Shown here: piece after piece, positions 38,756-49,000 of the stretch
How positions within the stretch are numbered: position 1 is the stretch's first letter
Layout: every line of letters starts with the position of its first letter
Source: an uncultured Candidatus Binatia bacterium
Lineage (GTDB): Bacteria; Desulfobacterota; Binatia; UBA9968; JAJDTQ01
DNA: 64,000 nt
Reading direction: 5' to 3'
NCBI GenBank assembly: GCA_965242525.1
Contig: OZ251459.1
Coordinates: 3,776,001 to 3,840,000, forward strand
Program-made: the position numbers and the translations under genes
The notes under the pieces: generated by a model
Databases searched by the model: none
The model's input: the letters and a program-made list of their open reading frames with translations, nothing else
Told to the model about the DNA's origin: nothing

Positions 38756-38794
38756 ATGAGTGATTTATGTAGCTGCGAGGTGACTGAGACCTAG
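38756..38794 (+). CDS. Putative 12-aa peptide MSDLCSCEVTET
   Basis: Strong SD AAAGGAGGTG upstream of the ATG. Confidence 0.4.
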   Translation: MSDLCSCEVTET

Positions 38795-38845
38795 GCTCTC
38801 TAGCCTTTCGGAATTGAGGGTCTGGTCAATTCCGGCAGTACACCG

Positions 38846-38881
38846 AGCCTTGGCTGGCCAACGCGCCAGCCAAGGCTTTTT
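38846..38881 (+). terminator. Intrinsic terminator
   Basis: Perfect 13-bp stem AGCCTTGGCTGGC/GCCAGCCAAGGCT followed by a T tract. Confidence 0.85.
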
Positions 38882-38889
38882 CATTTTCG

Positions 38890-39014
38890 GGAAGTCTGTT
38901 CAACTCCGGCTCGAACTCCCTCTCCCCAGGGGAAAGCGCATCCTTCGACTTCGCTACGCTCAGGATGAACGGGGTTGGTTGTTCAGAGAACGGGGTTCGT
39001 TGTTCAGGGTTTCC
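38890..39014 (-). mobile_element. Degenerate MITE copy (reverse orientation)
   Basis: TGTTCAGGGTTTCC end at 39001-39014; core variant at 38932-38974; degenerate other end GGAAGTCTG. Confidence 0.7.
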
Positions 39015-39089
39015 CGAGGAGTCTCCCTGCGAGAACGCCAAAGACCTGCCCGGCGCCCATGGTCGGTTCCGCGGCGCGCTGCGCGGGGA

Positions 39090-39701
39090 TCAGCGCGGAG
39101 GCTCTTCGTGCCGTGTCAACGCGAAGGCCGCGGCGTTCCGCACCCGGGCGTCGGGGTCGCTTGCGGCCGCGCTCCGAAACGCGTCCAGGGCTGCGGCGCC
39201 GACCTCCGGGGCCTTGGCCAGGCTGGTGACCACCGCGACCCGCACCAGCGGCTCCGGGTCCCGGACGGCGCCGAGCAGCGCGTCCGCAAGTCCGGTCCCG
39301 GCCGCGCCCATGTCCCGCAGGCAGTACACCGCCATGCGCCGCTGGGTCGCGGAGCCGCGGCGCAGCAGCCCTTGCAGGCGCTCCCGGACTTCGGGATAGC
39401 GCTTGCCCAGATCGGTGAGCAGGAGCTGCGTGGCCCATCGAAGGTCCTGGTCGCCGCTCCCGAGGCCGCCGGCGAGCACTTCGAGGCAGAGCGCGGACGG
39501 GCGGGCGATCCGTCCGAGGGCGTAGGCGACGGACCACCGGGGCCGGGCGCGCAGCCGCCGGTCGAGGGCCTCGGCCACCCCCGGGACCTCCGCGGCCAGG
39601 GCCACCAGCCCCTCCACCGCGCCGCGGACCGCGGCCTTGTCGTTCTGCTGCAACGCATCGAGCAACGGTCCCACGGGCGGGTCCGGCGTCCTGTCCTGCA
39701 T
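39090..39701 (-). CDS. HEAT-repeat protein
   Basis: Repeated DPEPLVRVAVVTSL / DPDARVRNAAAFAL units. Confidence 0.8.
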   Translation of the reverse strand: MQDRTPDPPVGPLLDALQQNDKAAVRGAVEGLVALAAEVPGVAEALDRRLRARPRWSVAYALGRIARPSALCLEVLAGGLGSGDQDLRWATQLLLTDLGKRYPEVRERLQGLLRRGSATQRRMAVYCLRDMGAAGTGLADALLGAVRDPEPLVRVAVVTSLAKAPEVGAAALDAFRSAAASDPDARVRNAAAFALTRHEEPPR

Positions 39702-39720
39702 GGCCGGGGGAGGGGCGGCG

Positions 39721-40542
39721 CTAACGCGCCGCCCGCGTCAAGTCCCGCAACCGGGCGGGGTAATCGGTGACGATGCCGTCGACCCCCATGGCCAGGAGCT
39801 CCTGCATCTCTTCCAATTCGTTGACGGTCCACACGTGGACCTCCACGCCCCGCTCGTGCGCGGCCGCCACGGACGCCGGGGTGACCAGCTCCCTGCCCTC
39901 GTACCGCCGCGGTATCTGCATGGCCTGGCCCGCGGACTCCGACCGCGGCTCCCGCCCGGACCACAGGGCGGCCATGAAAGCCCGGATCTCGCCCATGGCG
40001 AACCCCGTGGCCACGGACAGCCCGCGGCCGTGGACGGCCTTGCGAACGGCGTGCATCACCGAGTCGTCCTGGGCCGCCACCAGCACCTGCGGCGCTCTCC
40101 GGAACTCCTCCACGAGGTCCACCAGGGTCTCGACGCCCGGCGGCGACAACGCCTTGATCTCGACCGTGGCCCGGGCCCGGGGAAAGTCGGAGAAGAACTC
40201 CCGGAGGGTCGGGATGCGAATCCCCCGGCCGCGGAACGGGTGGGTCGAGCCGTGGTCTTGGGTGAACCGGAACCCGGCGTCGAGACGCTGCAACTCGGAC
40301 AACCGCATCTCCCGAACGGCCCCGGCGCCGTCGGTGGTCCGTTGCACGGTCTCGTCGTGGATGACCACGACTTCGCCGTCGCGGGTCTCGTGGACGTCCA
40401 ACTCGATGAACGCCGCCCCCTCCTCCAGCGCGCGGGCAAAGGAGGCCAGGGTATTTTCCGGCATGGAGCCCGCGGCCCCGCGATGCCCGCCGACCCTGGG
40501 CCGGGGGCCGGAGAAGAACGGATGGGATGAATATCCCGTCAT
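39721..40542 (-). CDS. Glycerophosphodiester phosphodiesterase
   Basis: GHRGAAGSMPENT, ELDVHETRDGEVVVIHD, VWTVN, GVDGIVTDYP. Confidence 0.93.
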   Translation of the reverse strand: MTGYSSHPFFSGPRPRVGGHRGAAGSMPENTLASFARALEEGAAFIELDVHETRDGEVVVIHDETVQRTTDGAGAVREMRLSELQRLDAGFRFTQDHGSTHPFRGRGIRIPTLREFFSDFPRARATVEIKALSPPGVETLVDLVEEFRRAPQVLVAAQDDSVMHAVRKAVHGRGLSVATGFAMGEIRAFMAALWSGREPRSESAGQAMQIPRRYEGRELVTPASVAAAHERGVEVHVWTVNELEEMQELLAMGVDGIVTDYPARLRDLTRAAR

Positions 40543-40700
40543 GGTTGGGCCTCGAAGGAACCGATCCGGGGCGTTCCTTGAAATTTTGCTCTGCTGCGCC
40601 TATGATTCATGGGCTCGTTTCTTCGAGTCTCATGGTTCGGAGACCATTGGCATTGATAACCGTGCCGACCTTTCCCGGTCAAGAGATGGAAGCATCCAAC

Positions 40701-41023
40701 CTGCGCGCCCCGGCGCCTTCTCTCTGGATTCCCGCTTTCGCGGGAATGACGGAGTCCGGCAGCCTGCGCGCTGCGGCGCTTTCTCTCCGGATTCCCGATT
40801 TTGCGGGCATGACGGGGTTCGGCAGCCCGTGCGCCGAGGCGCCTTCTCCGTGGATTCCCGCTTTCGGAAACCCTGAACGATTATCCCCGTTCGTCCTGAG
40901 CGTAGCGAAGCGAAGTCGAAGGACGCGCTTTCCCACAGGGAGAGAGGGTTCGAGCCGGAATCGTCCAGGGTTTCCTTTCGCGGGGATGACGGGGTCCGGC
41001 AGCCTGCGCGCTGCGGCGCCTTC
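40701..41023 (+). repeat. Tandem 63-bp units each carrying an ATTCCC-N8-GGGAAT-type palindrome; unit 3 is interrupted by a MITE
   Basis: Units start at 40701, 40764, 40827 and 41004 (40827+63+114). Confidence 0.85.
40866..40975 (+). mobile_element. 110-bp MITE with 17-bp TIRs and a 4-bp TSD (TTTC)
   Basis: GGAAACCCTGAACGATT ... AATCGTCCAGGGTTTCC (16/17 match); TTTC at 40862-40865 and 40976-40979. Confidence 0.88.
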
Positions 41024-41077
41024 GGCGAGGCGGGGAGCGGCCGCGGGCCGCGGGAACGCGGCAGGCGAGGGGCGTAC

Positions 41078-42628
41078 ATGGCCGTAGAGGACCGGCTTCT
41101 CCGACTGAAGGAGCTCGACCGCCGCGCGCAACTGGGCGGCGGCGAGTTGCGCATTCGCCGGCAGCACAACGAGGGGAAGCTGCTTGCCCGGGAACGCCTG
41201 GAGCTCCTCCTGGACCCGGGCAGCTTCGTGGAGATGGACCGCCTGCGCACCCACGAATGCACCGACTTCGACATGCAGGACAACAAGATCCCGGGCGACG
41301 CGGTGGTCACCGGCGCCGGCGCCATCGATGGCCGCAACGTCTTCGTCTATGCCCAGGACTTCACCGTGTTCGGGGGGAGCCTGAGCGGTGTGGTGGCGGA
41401 CAAGATCTGCAAGGTCCAGGAACTGGCCATGAAGAACGGCGCTCCCGTCCTTGGCATCAACGATTCCGGGGGGGCGCGCATCCAGGAGGGCGTGGTGAGC
41501 CTGGACGGCTACGCCCGCATCTTCGCCAACAACGTCATGGCCTCGGGGGTGGTGCCGCAGATCTCCGCCATCATGGGACCCTGCGCCGGCGGCGCCGTCT
41601 ATTCCCCGGCCATCACCGACTTCATCTTCATGACCCGCAACACCGGGTACATGTTCATCACCGGACCCGACGTCATCAAGACCGTGACCCACGAGGAAGT
41701 CACGAAGGAGCAGTTGGGCGGGGCGGAGACCCACACCGGCAAGAGCGGAGTGGCCCATTTCTCCGCGGACGACGACAAGGAGTGCCTGCTCATGATGCGC
41801 GAGCTCATGAGCTTCCTGCCCGGCAACAACCTGGAGGAGCCGCCGTTCCATCCCACCGAGGACGACCCCAACCGGCGCGACCAGCGCCTGCGGCACGTGG
41901 TGCCGGAGAACCCCAACCTGCCCTACGACATGAGGGACGTCATCGGCTCGGTGGTGGACGAGGGGTACTTCTTCGAGGTCCACAGGGAGTTCGCCCCCAA
42001 CATCGTGGTGGCGTTCGCGCGGTTGGGAGGACGGACGGTGGGGATCGTCGCCAACCAGCCGGCGCACCTGGCGGGCTGCCTGGACATCGACGCCTCGGTG
42101 AAGGCGGCCCGGTTCGTGCGGTTCTGCGACTGCTTCCACATCCCGGTGGTCACCTTCGTGGACGTCCCCGGCTTCCTCCCCGGCATCAACCAGGAGTACG
42201 ACGGCATCATCCGGCACGGCGCCAAGCTGCTGTTCGCGTACGCGGAGGCCACGGTGCCGAAGATCACCGTCATCACCCGCAAGGCCTACGGCGGCGGCTA
42301 CATCGTCATGGCGAGCAAGTTCCTCCGGGGCGACATCAACCTCGCGTACCCGGGCTCGGAGATCGCGGTGATGGGGCCCGAAGGGGCCATCAACATCGTC
42401 TTTCGCAACGAGCTCAAGGAGGCCAAGGACGAGAAGAAGGCCCGGCAGCGGCTGGTGGAGGACTACCGCAGGATGTTCGCCAACCCGTTCCGGTCCGCGG
42501 AACTCGGCAACCTGGACGCCATCATCGTCCCCGAGGACACCCGCCCGACGCTCGTTCGTTCGCTGGAGATCCTGAAGAAGAAGCGCGAGAACAACCCCCC
42601 CAGGAAGCACGGCAACATCCCCCTCTGA
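41078..42628 (+). CDS. pccB: Acyl-CoA (propionyl-CoA-like) carboxylase carboxyltransferase beta subunit
   Basis: [46 protein letters not shown]. Confidence 0.92.
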   Translation: MAVEDRLLRLKELDRRAQLGGGELRIRRQHNEGKLLARERLELLLDPGSFVEMDRLRTHECTDFDMQDNKIPGDAVVTGAGAIDGRNVFVYAQDFTVFGGSLSGVVADKICKVQELAMKNGAPVLGINDSGGARIQEGVVSLDGYARIFANNVMASGVVPQISAIMGPCAGGAVYSPAITDFIFMTRNTGYMFITGPDVIKTVTHEEVTKEQLGGAETHTGKSGVAHFSADDDKECLLMMRELMSFLPGNNLEEPPFHPTEDDPNRRDQRLRHVVPENPNLPYDMRDVIGSVVDEGYFFEVHREFAPNIVVAFARLGGRTVGIVANQPAHLAGCLDIDASVKAARFVRFCDCFHIPVVTFVDVPGFLPGINQEYDGIIRHGAKLLFAYAEATVPKITVITRKAYGGGYIVMASKFLRGDINLAYPGSEIAVMGPEGAINIVFRNELKEAKDEKKARQRLVEDYRRMFANPFRSAELGNLDAIIVPEDTRPTLVRSLEILKKKRENNPPRKHGNIPL

Positions 42629-42678
42629 GCGCGGGGACGCCGACGAAGCGGGCCTTCACCGAGGGGAACCGTCCGACC

Positions 42679-44217
42679 ATGTTCAAACGGATACTGGTGG
42701 CCAACCGCGGCGAGATCGCCGTCCGCATCATCCGGGCGTGCCGCGAGCTGGACATCCAGAGCGTGGCGGTTTACTCCGAGGCCGACCGGGAGGCGCTCCA
42801 CGTCAAGTACGCGGACTACTCCTATCCGGTAGGCCCTGCCCCGTCCGCGGAAAGCTACCTGCGCATCGACCGGATCATCGACGCGGCCCGGAAGAGCCGG
42901 GCGGAGGCCATCCACCCGGGCTACGGTTTCCTCGCCGAGAACCCGGCCTTCGCCCGGGCCTGCGAGGAGGCGGGCATCGTCTTCCTCGGTCCGGCCCCCG
43001 ACGTCATCAAGCAGATGGGCGACAAGGTCCACGCCCGGGCGCTCATGAAGAAGGCGGGGGTGCCGGTGATCCCGGGCTCGGACGACATACTCAACTCCGA
43101 GGACGAGGTGCTGGAGACCGCGGAGGCCATCGGCTACCCCTGCGTGCTCAAGGCCGTGGCCGGCGGCGGCGGCAAGGGGCTGCGCCTGGTGGAGTCGAGC
43201 AAGGAGGTGCGCTCGGCCTTCCGCGCGGTGCGCTCCGAGGCCGCGGCGTCCTTCGGCGACTCCCGGCTCTACGTGGAGAAGTTCCTCCAGCGGTGCCGCC
43301 ACGTGGAGGTGCAGCTCCTGGCCGATACCCACGGCAAGGTGCTGCACCTGTTCAACCGGGAATGCTCCATACAGCGGCGCCACCAGAAGATCATCGAGGA
43401 GTGCCCCGCCCCGGGCATCGACGCGCGGATCCAGAAGGTCATGGGCAAGACCGCGGCCCAGGGGGCCAAGGCGCTGCACTACACGGGCGTGGGCACCATG
43501 GAGTTCCTGGTGGACCGGAACCGTAACTTCTACTTCCTGGAGATGAACACCCGCCTGCAGGTGGAGCACGCCATCACCGAGCGGGTGGTGGGCATCGACT
43601 TGGTGAAGGCGCAGATCAACGTGGCCTCGGGGGAGCGCCTGCCCTGGTCGCAGCGCCAGATCCGGGCCACGGGCCACGCCATCGAGTGCCGCATCTACGC
43701 CGAGGACCCGGAGACCGACTTCATGCCCTGTCCGGGAAAGATCGAAGGACTGCGGCTGCCCGAGGGGTTCGGCATCCGCAACGACTGCGGGGTGTATGAG
43801 GGCGCCGAGATCCCCATCCACTACGACCCCATGATCGCCAAGCTCATCGTCTGGGGCGAGGACCGGGTGGAGGCCATCCGGCGGCTGAAACGGGCCCTGC
43901 GCGAGTATCAGGTCCGGGGCGTCAAGACCAACATCTCCTTCCACCAGTGGATGCTGCGCCACCCCCGGTTCATCGAAGGCGAGCTCCATACCGGCTTCGT
44001 GGACGAGCAGCGGCCTTTCATGGCCATGGAGGAGGTCTATCCGGACCGGCACGTGGCGCTGGCGTCCGCGGCCATCGTGGCCCTGCACCGGGACCAGGAA
44101 CGGGCGCTCCGGCTGGTGGAGAAGGGGGCCGCGGAGAAGTCCGAGTGGCGGGAGGCCGGACGGAGGGAGGCGCTCCGCATCGACTCCGGCGGGTCGAGCC
44201 CGGGGCGGGGTTGGTGA
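42679..44217 (+). CDS. Biotin carboxylase subunit of acyl-CoA carboxylase
   Basis: MFKRILVANRGEIA, HPGYGFLAEN, GGGGKG, ECSIQRRHQK, FLEMNTRLQVEH. Confidence 0.95.
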   Translation: MFKRILVANRGEIAVRIIRACRELDIQSVAVYSEADREALHVKYADYSYPVGPAPSAESYLRIDRIIDAARKSRAEAIHPGYGFLAENPAFARACEEAGIVFLGPAPDVIKQMGDKVHARALMKKAGVPVIPGSDDILNSEDEVLETAEAIGYPCVLKAVAGGGGKGLRLVESSKEVRSAFRAVRSEAAASFGDSRLYVEKFLQRCRHVEVQLLADTHGKVLHLFNRECSIQRRHQKIIEECPAPGIDARIQKVMGKTAAQGAKALHYTGVGTMEFLVDRNRNFYFLEMNTRLQVEHAITERVVGIDLVKAQINVASGERLPWSQRQIRATGHAIECRIYAEDPETDFMPCPGKIEGLRLPEGFGIRNDCGVYEGAEIPIHYDPMIAKLIVWGEDRVEAIRRLKRALREYQVRGVKTNISFHQWMLRHPRFIEGELHTGFVDEQRPFMAMEEVYPDRHVALASAAIVALHRDQERALRLVEKGAAEKSEWREAGRREALRIDSGGSSPGRGW

Positions 44218-44220
44218 CCC

Positions 44221-44724
44221 GTGGCGTTCATCGCAAAGTTCGGCGGCCAGACCTCGGTGGTGCGGATCACCGAGACCCGCAAGTCCCTCTACCGGGTGGT
44301 GGTGGACGGGCACGAGTTCACGGTGGACGGGAGGAGGACGGGCCGGAACAACTACTCGCTGTTGATCGACAACCGTTCCTTCGAGGTGGACGTGGACACC
44401 ACGGAGGACGAATACCGCGTGCTGCTCGACGGCAGGACCTACCGCATCCGCATGTCCGACGAGCGCCAAGTCCGCGTGGGCGACCGGCAGTCCGGCGTCG
44501 AGGTGTCCGGTCGGCAGGAGATCCGCGTCCCCATGCCCGGCAAGGTGGTGGCGGTGCTGGTGAACGAGGGGGACACGGTGGCCAAGGGCCAGGGCCTGGT
44601 GATCGTCGAGGCCATGAAGATGGAGAACGAGATACGCGCGCCAAGCAACGGCGAGGTCCGGGAGATCCGCATCAAGGCCGAGGAGTCCGTGGAAGCCGGA
44701 CAGGTGCTGGCGGTGGTGGAATAG
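44221..44724 (+). CDS. Biotin carboxyl carrier protein
   Basis: PMPGKV, EAMKMENE biotinylation motif. Confidence 0.93.
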   Translation: MAFIAKFGGQTSVVRITETRKSLYRVVVDGHEFTVDGRRTGRNNYSLLIDNRSFEVDVDTTEDEYRVLLDGRTYRIRMSDERQVRVGDRQSGVEVSGRQEIRVPMPGKVVAVLVNEGDTVAKGQGLVIVEAMKMENEIRAPSNGEVREIRIKAEESVEAGQVLAVVE

Positions 44725-44758
44725 ACGGTTCCCGCCGGGCTGTTCCTTCTCCCTTTAT

Positions 44759-44801
44759 CCCCGTTCGTCCTGAGCGTAGCGAAGCGAAGTCGAAGGACGC
44801 G
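44759..44801 (+). repeat. MITE core repeat
   Basis: Sequence match; lies between convergent genes. Confidence 0.88.
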
Positions 44802-44806
44802 CTTTC

Positions 44807-45565
44807 CTATTCCTCTTTTCCCTCCTCCTCCTCCGTCTTCCGCCCCACGAAATACACCAGCACGATGGTGAGACCGTAGAGCGCCGTCAACGGCAGCGCC
44901 AGCAGCACCTGCGAGACCACGTCGGGCGGCGTGAGCACGGCGCCCAGCACGACGATTCCCAGGAACGCGTAGGGGAACCGGCGCATCATCATGCGGTGGT
45001 CGATGAACCCGACCCGGGCCAGGAAGACCCCCGCCACCGGCAACTCGAACACGACCCCGAAGGCCAGCATGAGCCGGGCCGAGAAGGACAGGTACTCGCT
45101 CACGCGGATGGCCGGGCGGACGTCGAGATGCTGGTACTGGTCCAGGAAGAACCGGTACCCCACGTCGAATATGACCACGTAGCAGAAGCCGGCTCCGAGC
45201 ACGAAGCACACCGTGCCGAACCCTACGAAACCCCTGGCGTAACGCCGCTCGTGGCCGTAGAGGCCGGGGGCCACGAACCTCCAGGCGTGCCACAGCAGCA
45301 CGGGCAGCGACACGAACAGCGCGGCCACGAACGCCACCTTCAGCTTCGCGAAGAACGCCTCCGCCACGCCGGTGCCGATGACGGTGAGGCCGGAGGCCTC
45401 CAGCCGGAGCAGCGGCGCGGTCATGAAGGCGATGAGCCGGTCTGCCACGGCGTAGCAGAGGAGGAACGCCGCCAGCACGGCCGCAGAGCACCTGATGAGT
45501 CGAGAGCGGAGTTCCTCCAGGTGCGCCGTCAGCGGCATGCTGGCGTCGTTCGACGGGTCAGCCAT
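44807..45565 (-). CDS. tatC: Twin-arginine translocase TatC
   Basis: HLEELRSRL, WRFVAPGLY, FGVVFELP, LTPPD. Confidence 0.96.
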   Translation of the reverse strand: MADPSNDASMPLTAHLEELRSRLIRCSAAVLAAFLLCYAVADRLIAFMTAPLLRLEASGLTVIGTGVAEAFFAKLKVAFVAALFVSLPVLLWHAWRFVAPGLYGHERRYARGFVGFGTVCFVLGAGFCYVVIFDVGYRFFLDQYQHLDVRPAIRVSEYLSFSARLMLAFGVVFELPVAGVFLARVGFIDHRMMMRRFPYAFLGIVVLGAVLTPPDVVSQVLLALPLTALYGLTIVLVYFVGRKTEEEEGKEE

Positions 45566-45622
45566 GTGCAACGAGTCCGGAAGGGTCGGGAAGCATGGGC
45601 CGGAGCCGGGGAGGACCCGCGC

Positions 45623-45913
45623 TCACTCTTTCCGGGCGGGGCCGCCCGCGGGAGACGGAGGCGCGGCATCGGCTTCCGCGCCTTCCCCGGCCGCTTCTCC
45701 GGCCGGCTTGGCGTCCGCGTCGCCGGTCTCGGGCGGGGCCTCCAGCTCGTCAGCGGCGGCCTGCATTTCCCGCTTCACGTCGTCCGTGGTGCGGCGGAAC
45801 TCGGCGAGACCCCGCCCCAGGGAGCGTGCGATCTCCGGCAGTTTCTTGGGCCCCAGGACGATCAGGGCCACCGCCAGGATCAAGAGCAGCTCCGGCATTC
45901 CGATACCAAACAT
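45623..45913 (-). CDS. Twin-arginine translocase TatA/TatB-family subunit
   Basis: [33 protein letters not shown]. Confidence 0.93.
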   Translation of the reverse strand: MFGIGMPELLLILAVALIVLGPKKLPEIARSLGRGLAEFRRTTDDVKREMQAAADELEAPPETGDADAKPAGEAAGEGAEADAAPPSPAGGPARKE

Positions 45914-46039
45914 TGCGACTCCCGGGGGCGCGTGCAACGGACCCGCGCGGCGTCGGCAGACGCTCCACGGTCCGTCCGTTACGGGCCACTAGGCTAGGAC
46001 ATTTGCGGGAGCGAGTCAAAGAGCTGCCCTACGAGGGAT

Positions 46040-46068
46040 TTGATTGACAACCCAACCCCTTGTAAGCT
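46040..46068 (+). promoter_or_regulatory. Possible sigma70 promoter for island 2
   Basis: TTGATT-N17-TAAGCT upstream of AGGAG RBS and GTG 46087. Confidence 0.4.
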
Positions 46069-46086
46069 GGAAGCAGGAGAGAGACC

Positions 46087-49000
46087 GTGCCGAACTCGTT
46101 GACGGATCCCATGGAAGTATTCACCGGCGTGCTTGAAGACAAGCGGCCGCTGGTGCTGTTCGCCGGCCAGAGTCTCGACACGGCCAGCGACGCCATACTT
46201 GGAACGCTCCTTGCCCGACTTGGCTGCGCGGAGCGCGGCGCTGGATGGCGAGCAGCCATCGAGCAGGGCATGGGTGCATCCGACATGGAGTGGCTGTCCG
46301 AACGGTTCGACCGAAGCGTGCCATCCGACCCCGCCTCCCGAATTTTCGACGTCCCATGGAGCGCGGTGTTCACCTCGTCCATCGACCCCCACTTTGCGCG
46401 GCGGTTCGAGACCCGCGGGCGGCAGCCCGAGCCGGTGCTTTCCAAGGATGCCTACCCGAGGGTTCCTCGTAGCCGTTCGAGGCCGCCAATCCACTATCTC
46501 TTCGGTAAAGCCGACGAAACCGTAGATGAGGCGCGGGCGCCCGGAAGTCAAGGCAGTCTGACGCGCCGCCTCAGCCTTCACGCCACGGCGCTGGTCAACC
46601 GTATTGCGGAAACTGCGACTGTAGGCGGCCTGGTGGTCATAGCCGGCTACGACCCGATTGGGGATTGGCTGCCGATGGACTCCCTGTTGGCGCCCTTGTA
46701 TGGCCAGGCCGGCCCCAAGGTCCTGTGGTTCGGCCGTGCCGACAAACCGGACTCGGACCTCGCTGACGAGATGCTGGTGTCGGGGTCGCTCGTGGTGACG
46801 CCGGAGACCCTGACGAGCGCAATCGCACAGCTCGAACTCCGCGGCGTGCTCGATGTTGCAGGATCCGCTGCCCCGGACGAGCCGGGCATGGTGTCCATCG
46901 CCAAGGGGGCGGTACTGGACATCACGCCTGCCCTGCGGCTCCGAGTGGAGGCTTCGGCGTCCATCGTCGATGACACATGGACGGAAGAGCCGGAGTCACT
47001 GGACGGTTTCGAGTTGTATGGCGCCTTTCGCCGATTCCACGGCGCCCTTGGCAACTTCAGGTCGCTGGTGGAGGGGGTGGCGCGCGGGTTTGCGGTAGAA
47101 CGCGAGTTCGAGCGTACCCTTTGGAATACGGTGGAGAAAAAGCTGGATCGGCTTCGGCAACCCGACTCCGACGACGTGGTCGTCCTGCACGGGCAGTCAG
47201 GCGCCGGAAAGAGCATCGCGCTTGCGCGGTTGACCCGGAGGATCCGTCGTGAGCGGTGCCTGCCTGTTCTGGCGGCGACGAACCGGATACCCCATCCCCA
47301 GGACGTCGAAGCATTCTGTCAGGAATCCGAGCGCTTGGGGGCCACGACGGTTCTGGTCTGTGACTCTAGCCAACCTCCACAACGCTATGAGGACCTGGCG
47401 TCCGCCTTGCGGAGTCGTGGACGGCGGTTGCTCATTGTCGGCACGTGCTATCGCCTCCCCGACAGGAGCCGTTCGAATCGACTAGTAGAGGCGCCAGCCC
47501 ACGTCTCGGAGGCCGAGATGGCGGCGTTCACAGAACTGTCGAACAGGTTCGACTTGCCCCCTGACATCGCTGATACCGACACGAACTCCATTTTCGCCAT
47601 GCTGTACCGCCGATTGTCCGTCTCGCGCCATCGGCTTGCGGCTGGCGTGTCATCGGAAGCGCGAGCGGCCGAAGGTATGGTGCGGGAGCGGGCGAGGCAT
47701 GCGCCGCGGCCCGCCGCCAACCTTTCTCCCATCGCACTACAGCTAATCAAACTGGGCATCCTCAGCGAGACTTCGCCCTTGTTCGAAGATGATGAAAGGC
47801 TTGCAGCTTCGGGCTTGGACGAGGCTGGACGGTTGATCGATTACGTCATGGCCGCTGGACGGCTGAACAGCGCCATGCCTGTCAACCTCCTGTTTCGGGT
47901 TCTGGGCCACGCCAGCGGATTGCACTCGGACCAGTTCAGCCATCTTCTGGGGGATCTCGATCTCTTCCGTTGGAGACAGGATGAAGAAGGGTCAGACTTC
48001 CTGATCGCTCCACGCATACAACTGGAGGCCGATCTCATATGCAGACGGCGGCTGACGCCGGAACAGGAAATCGAACGGTTGATCGAATTGATCCGCGGTG
48101 TCAGACCTGGAGTGGATCGAGGGAACGAAAAGTCATTCCTACTCGACCTGATGTTCAAGCTGGATCGTAATGGACCAAGAAAAGATGCATACGGTTGCGG
48201 CTACCTGCGGTTTGCCAACGCGCTCAAGGAATTGCGGGAACAGAACGGCATATTCGATGCGGACATCGTCTTACGTGAATGTGCGTTACGATGCCATGCC
48301 GTAGTCCGATCACAAAGCGATCCTGACGTAGATGGAACCGACGATGAACGGCTGGCCATCCTGGATGAGGCCCGCGATACCATCGAAACGACCCTGCGTA
48401 CGATCGACGAGAGGAAACTTCGGGTATCCAGAAGGACGAAGCAAAGCCTCGTTACGGAGCGTTCGACAATATACGGACTCCTCGCCGTTCAGCGTGCACA
48501 GTCCGGCGGCGGGGATTTCTGGTCGGACTATCTCGCCGCCAGAGTAGCGAGCGAGACAGCCCTGGGACTGGGCGGGAACACCTACCCCATCGACATCGCC
48601 CTCTGGACGGCGACGGACGTGCTCGAATGGAAGAAAGGCGAACTGTCGGACGCACAACGAGCCGAGGTATTGGCCGACCTGTATGCAACCATCGACTATG
48701 CAGACTGTGTGTTCAGGGTGAAGGAAGTGTTAAAGGTAAATGCACCGAATACCAAGGCCCCGAACGGCTTGCAGGAAGACAGTGGACCGGACGAGGGCTC
48801 GGTCGCTCCGAATCAAAAGGACTATCTGAAGCGTCGCACCCGTGTTGCATACGCGTTGGGCGACGCGAGAATGAGCAATGAAACGCTGGCCGCATTGGAA
48901 AGCGTCGCACCCGAGGCCGCAACCTTTCTCATTGCAAGGCGGCAGGCAGAGGCAGTCTATGGGAGCGCGCCGCCTTTCAACGGAGAGACCCGCAGCATCG

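Larger units (their letters stand above)
38729..38881 (+). ncRNA. Putative ~150-nt structured sRNA / small-ORF mRNA
   Basis: Bounded by a promoter and an intrinsic terminator; hairpins at 38793-38806, 38809-38834 and 38846-38877; lower GC than surroundings. Confidence 0.55.

Noticed and set aside
40701-41023. 63-bp periodic repeats as a CRISPR array
   Set aside because: The 'spacers' resemble each other, so these are whole-unit tandem duplications of a palindromic REP-like element
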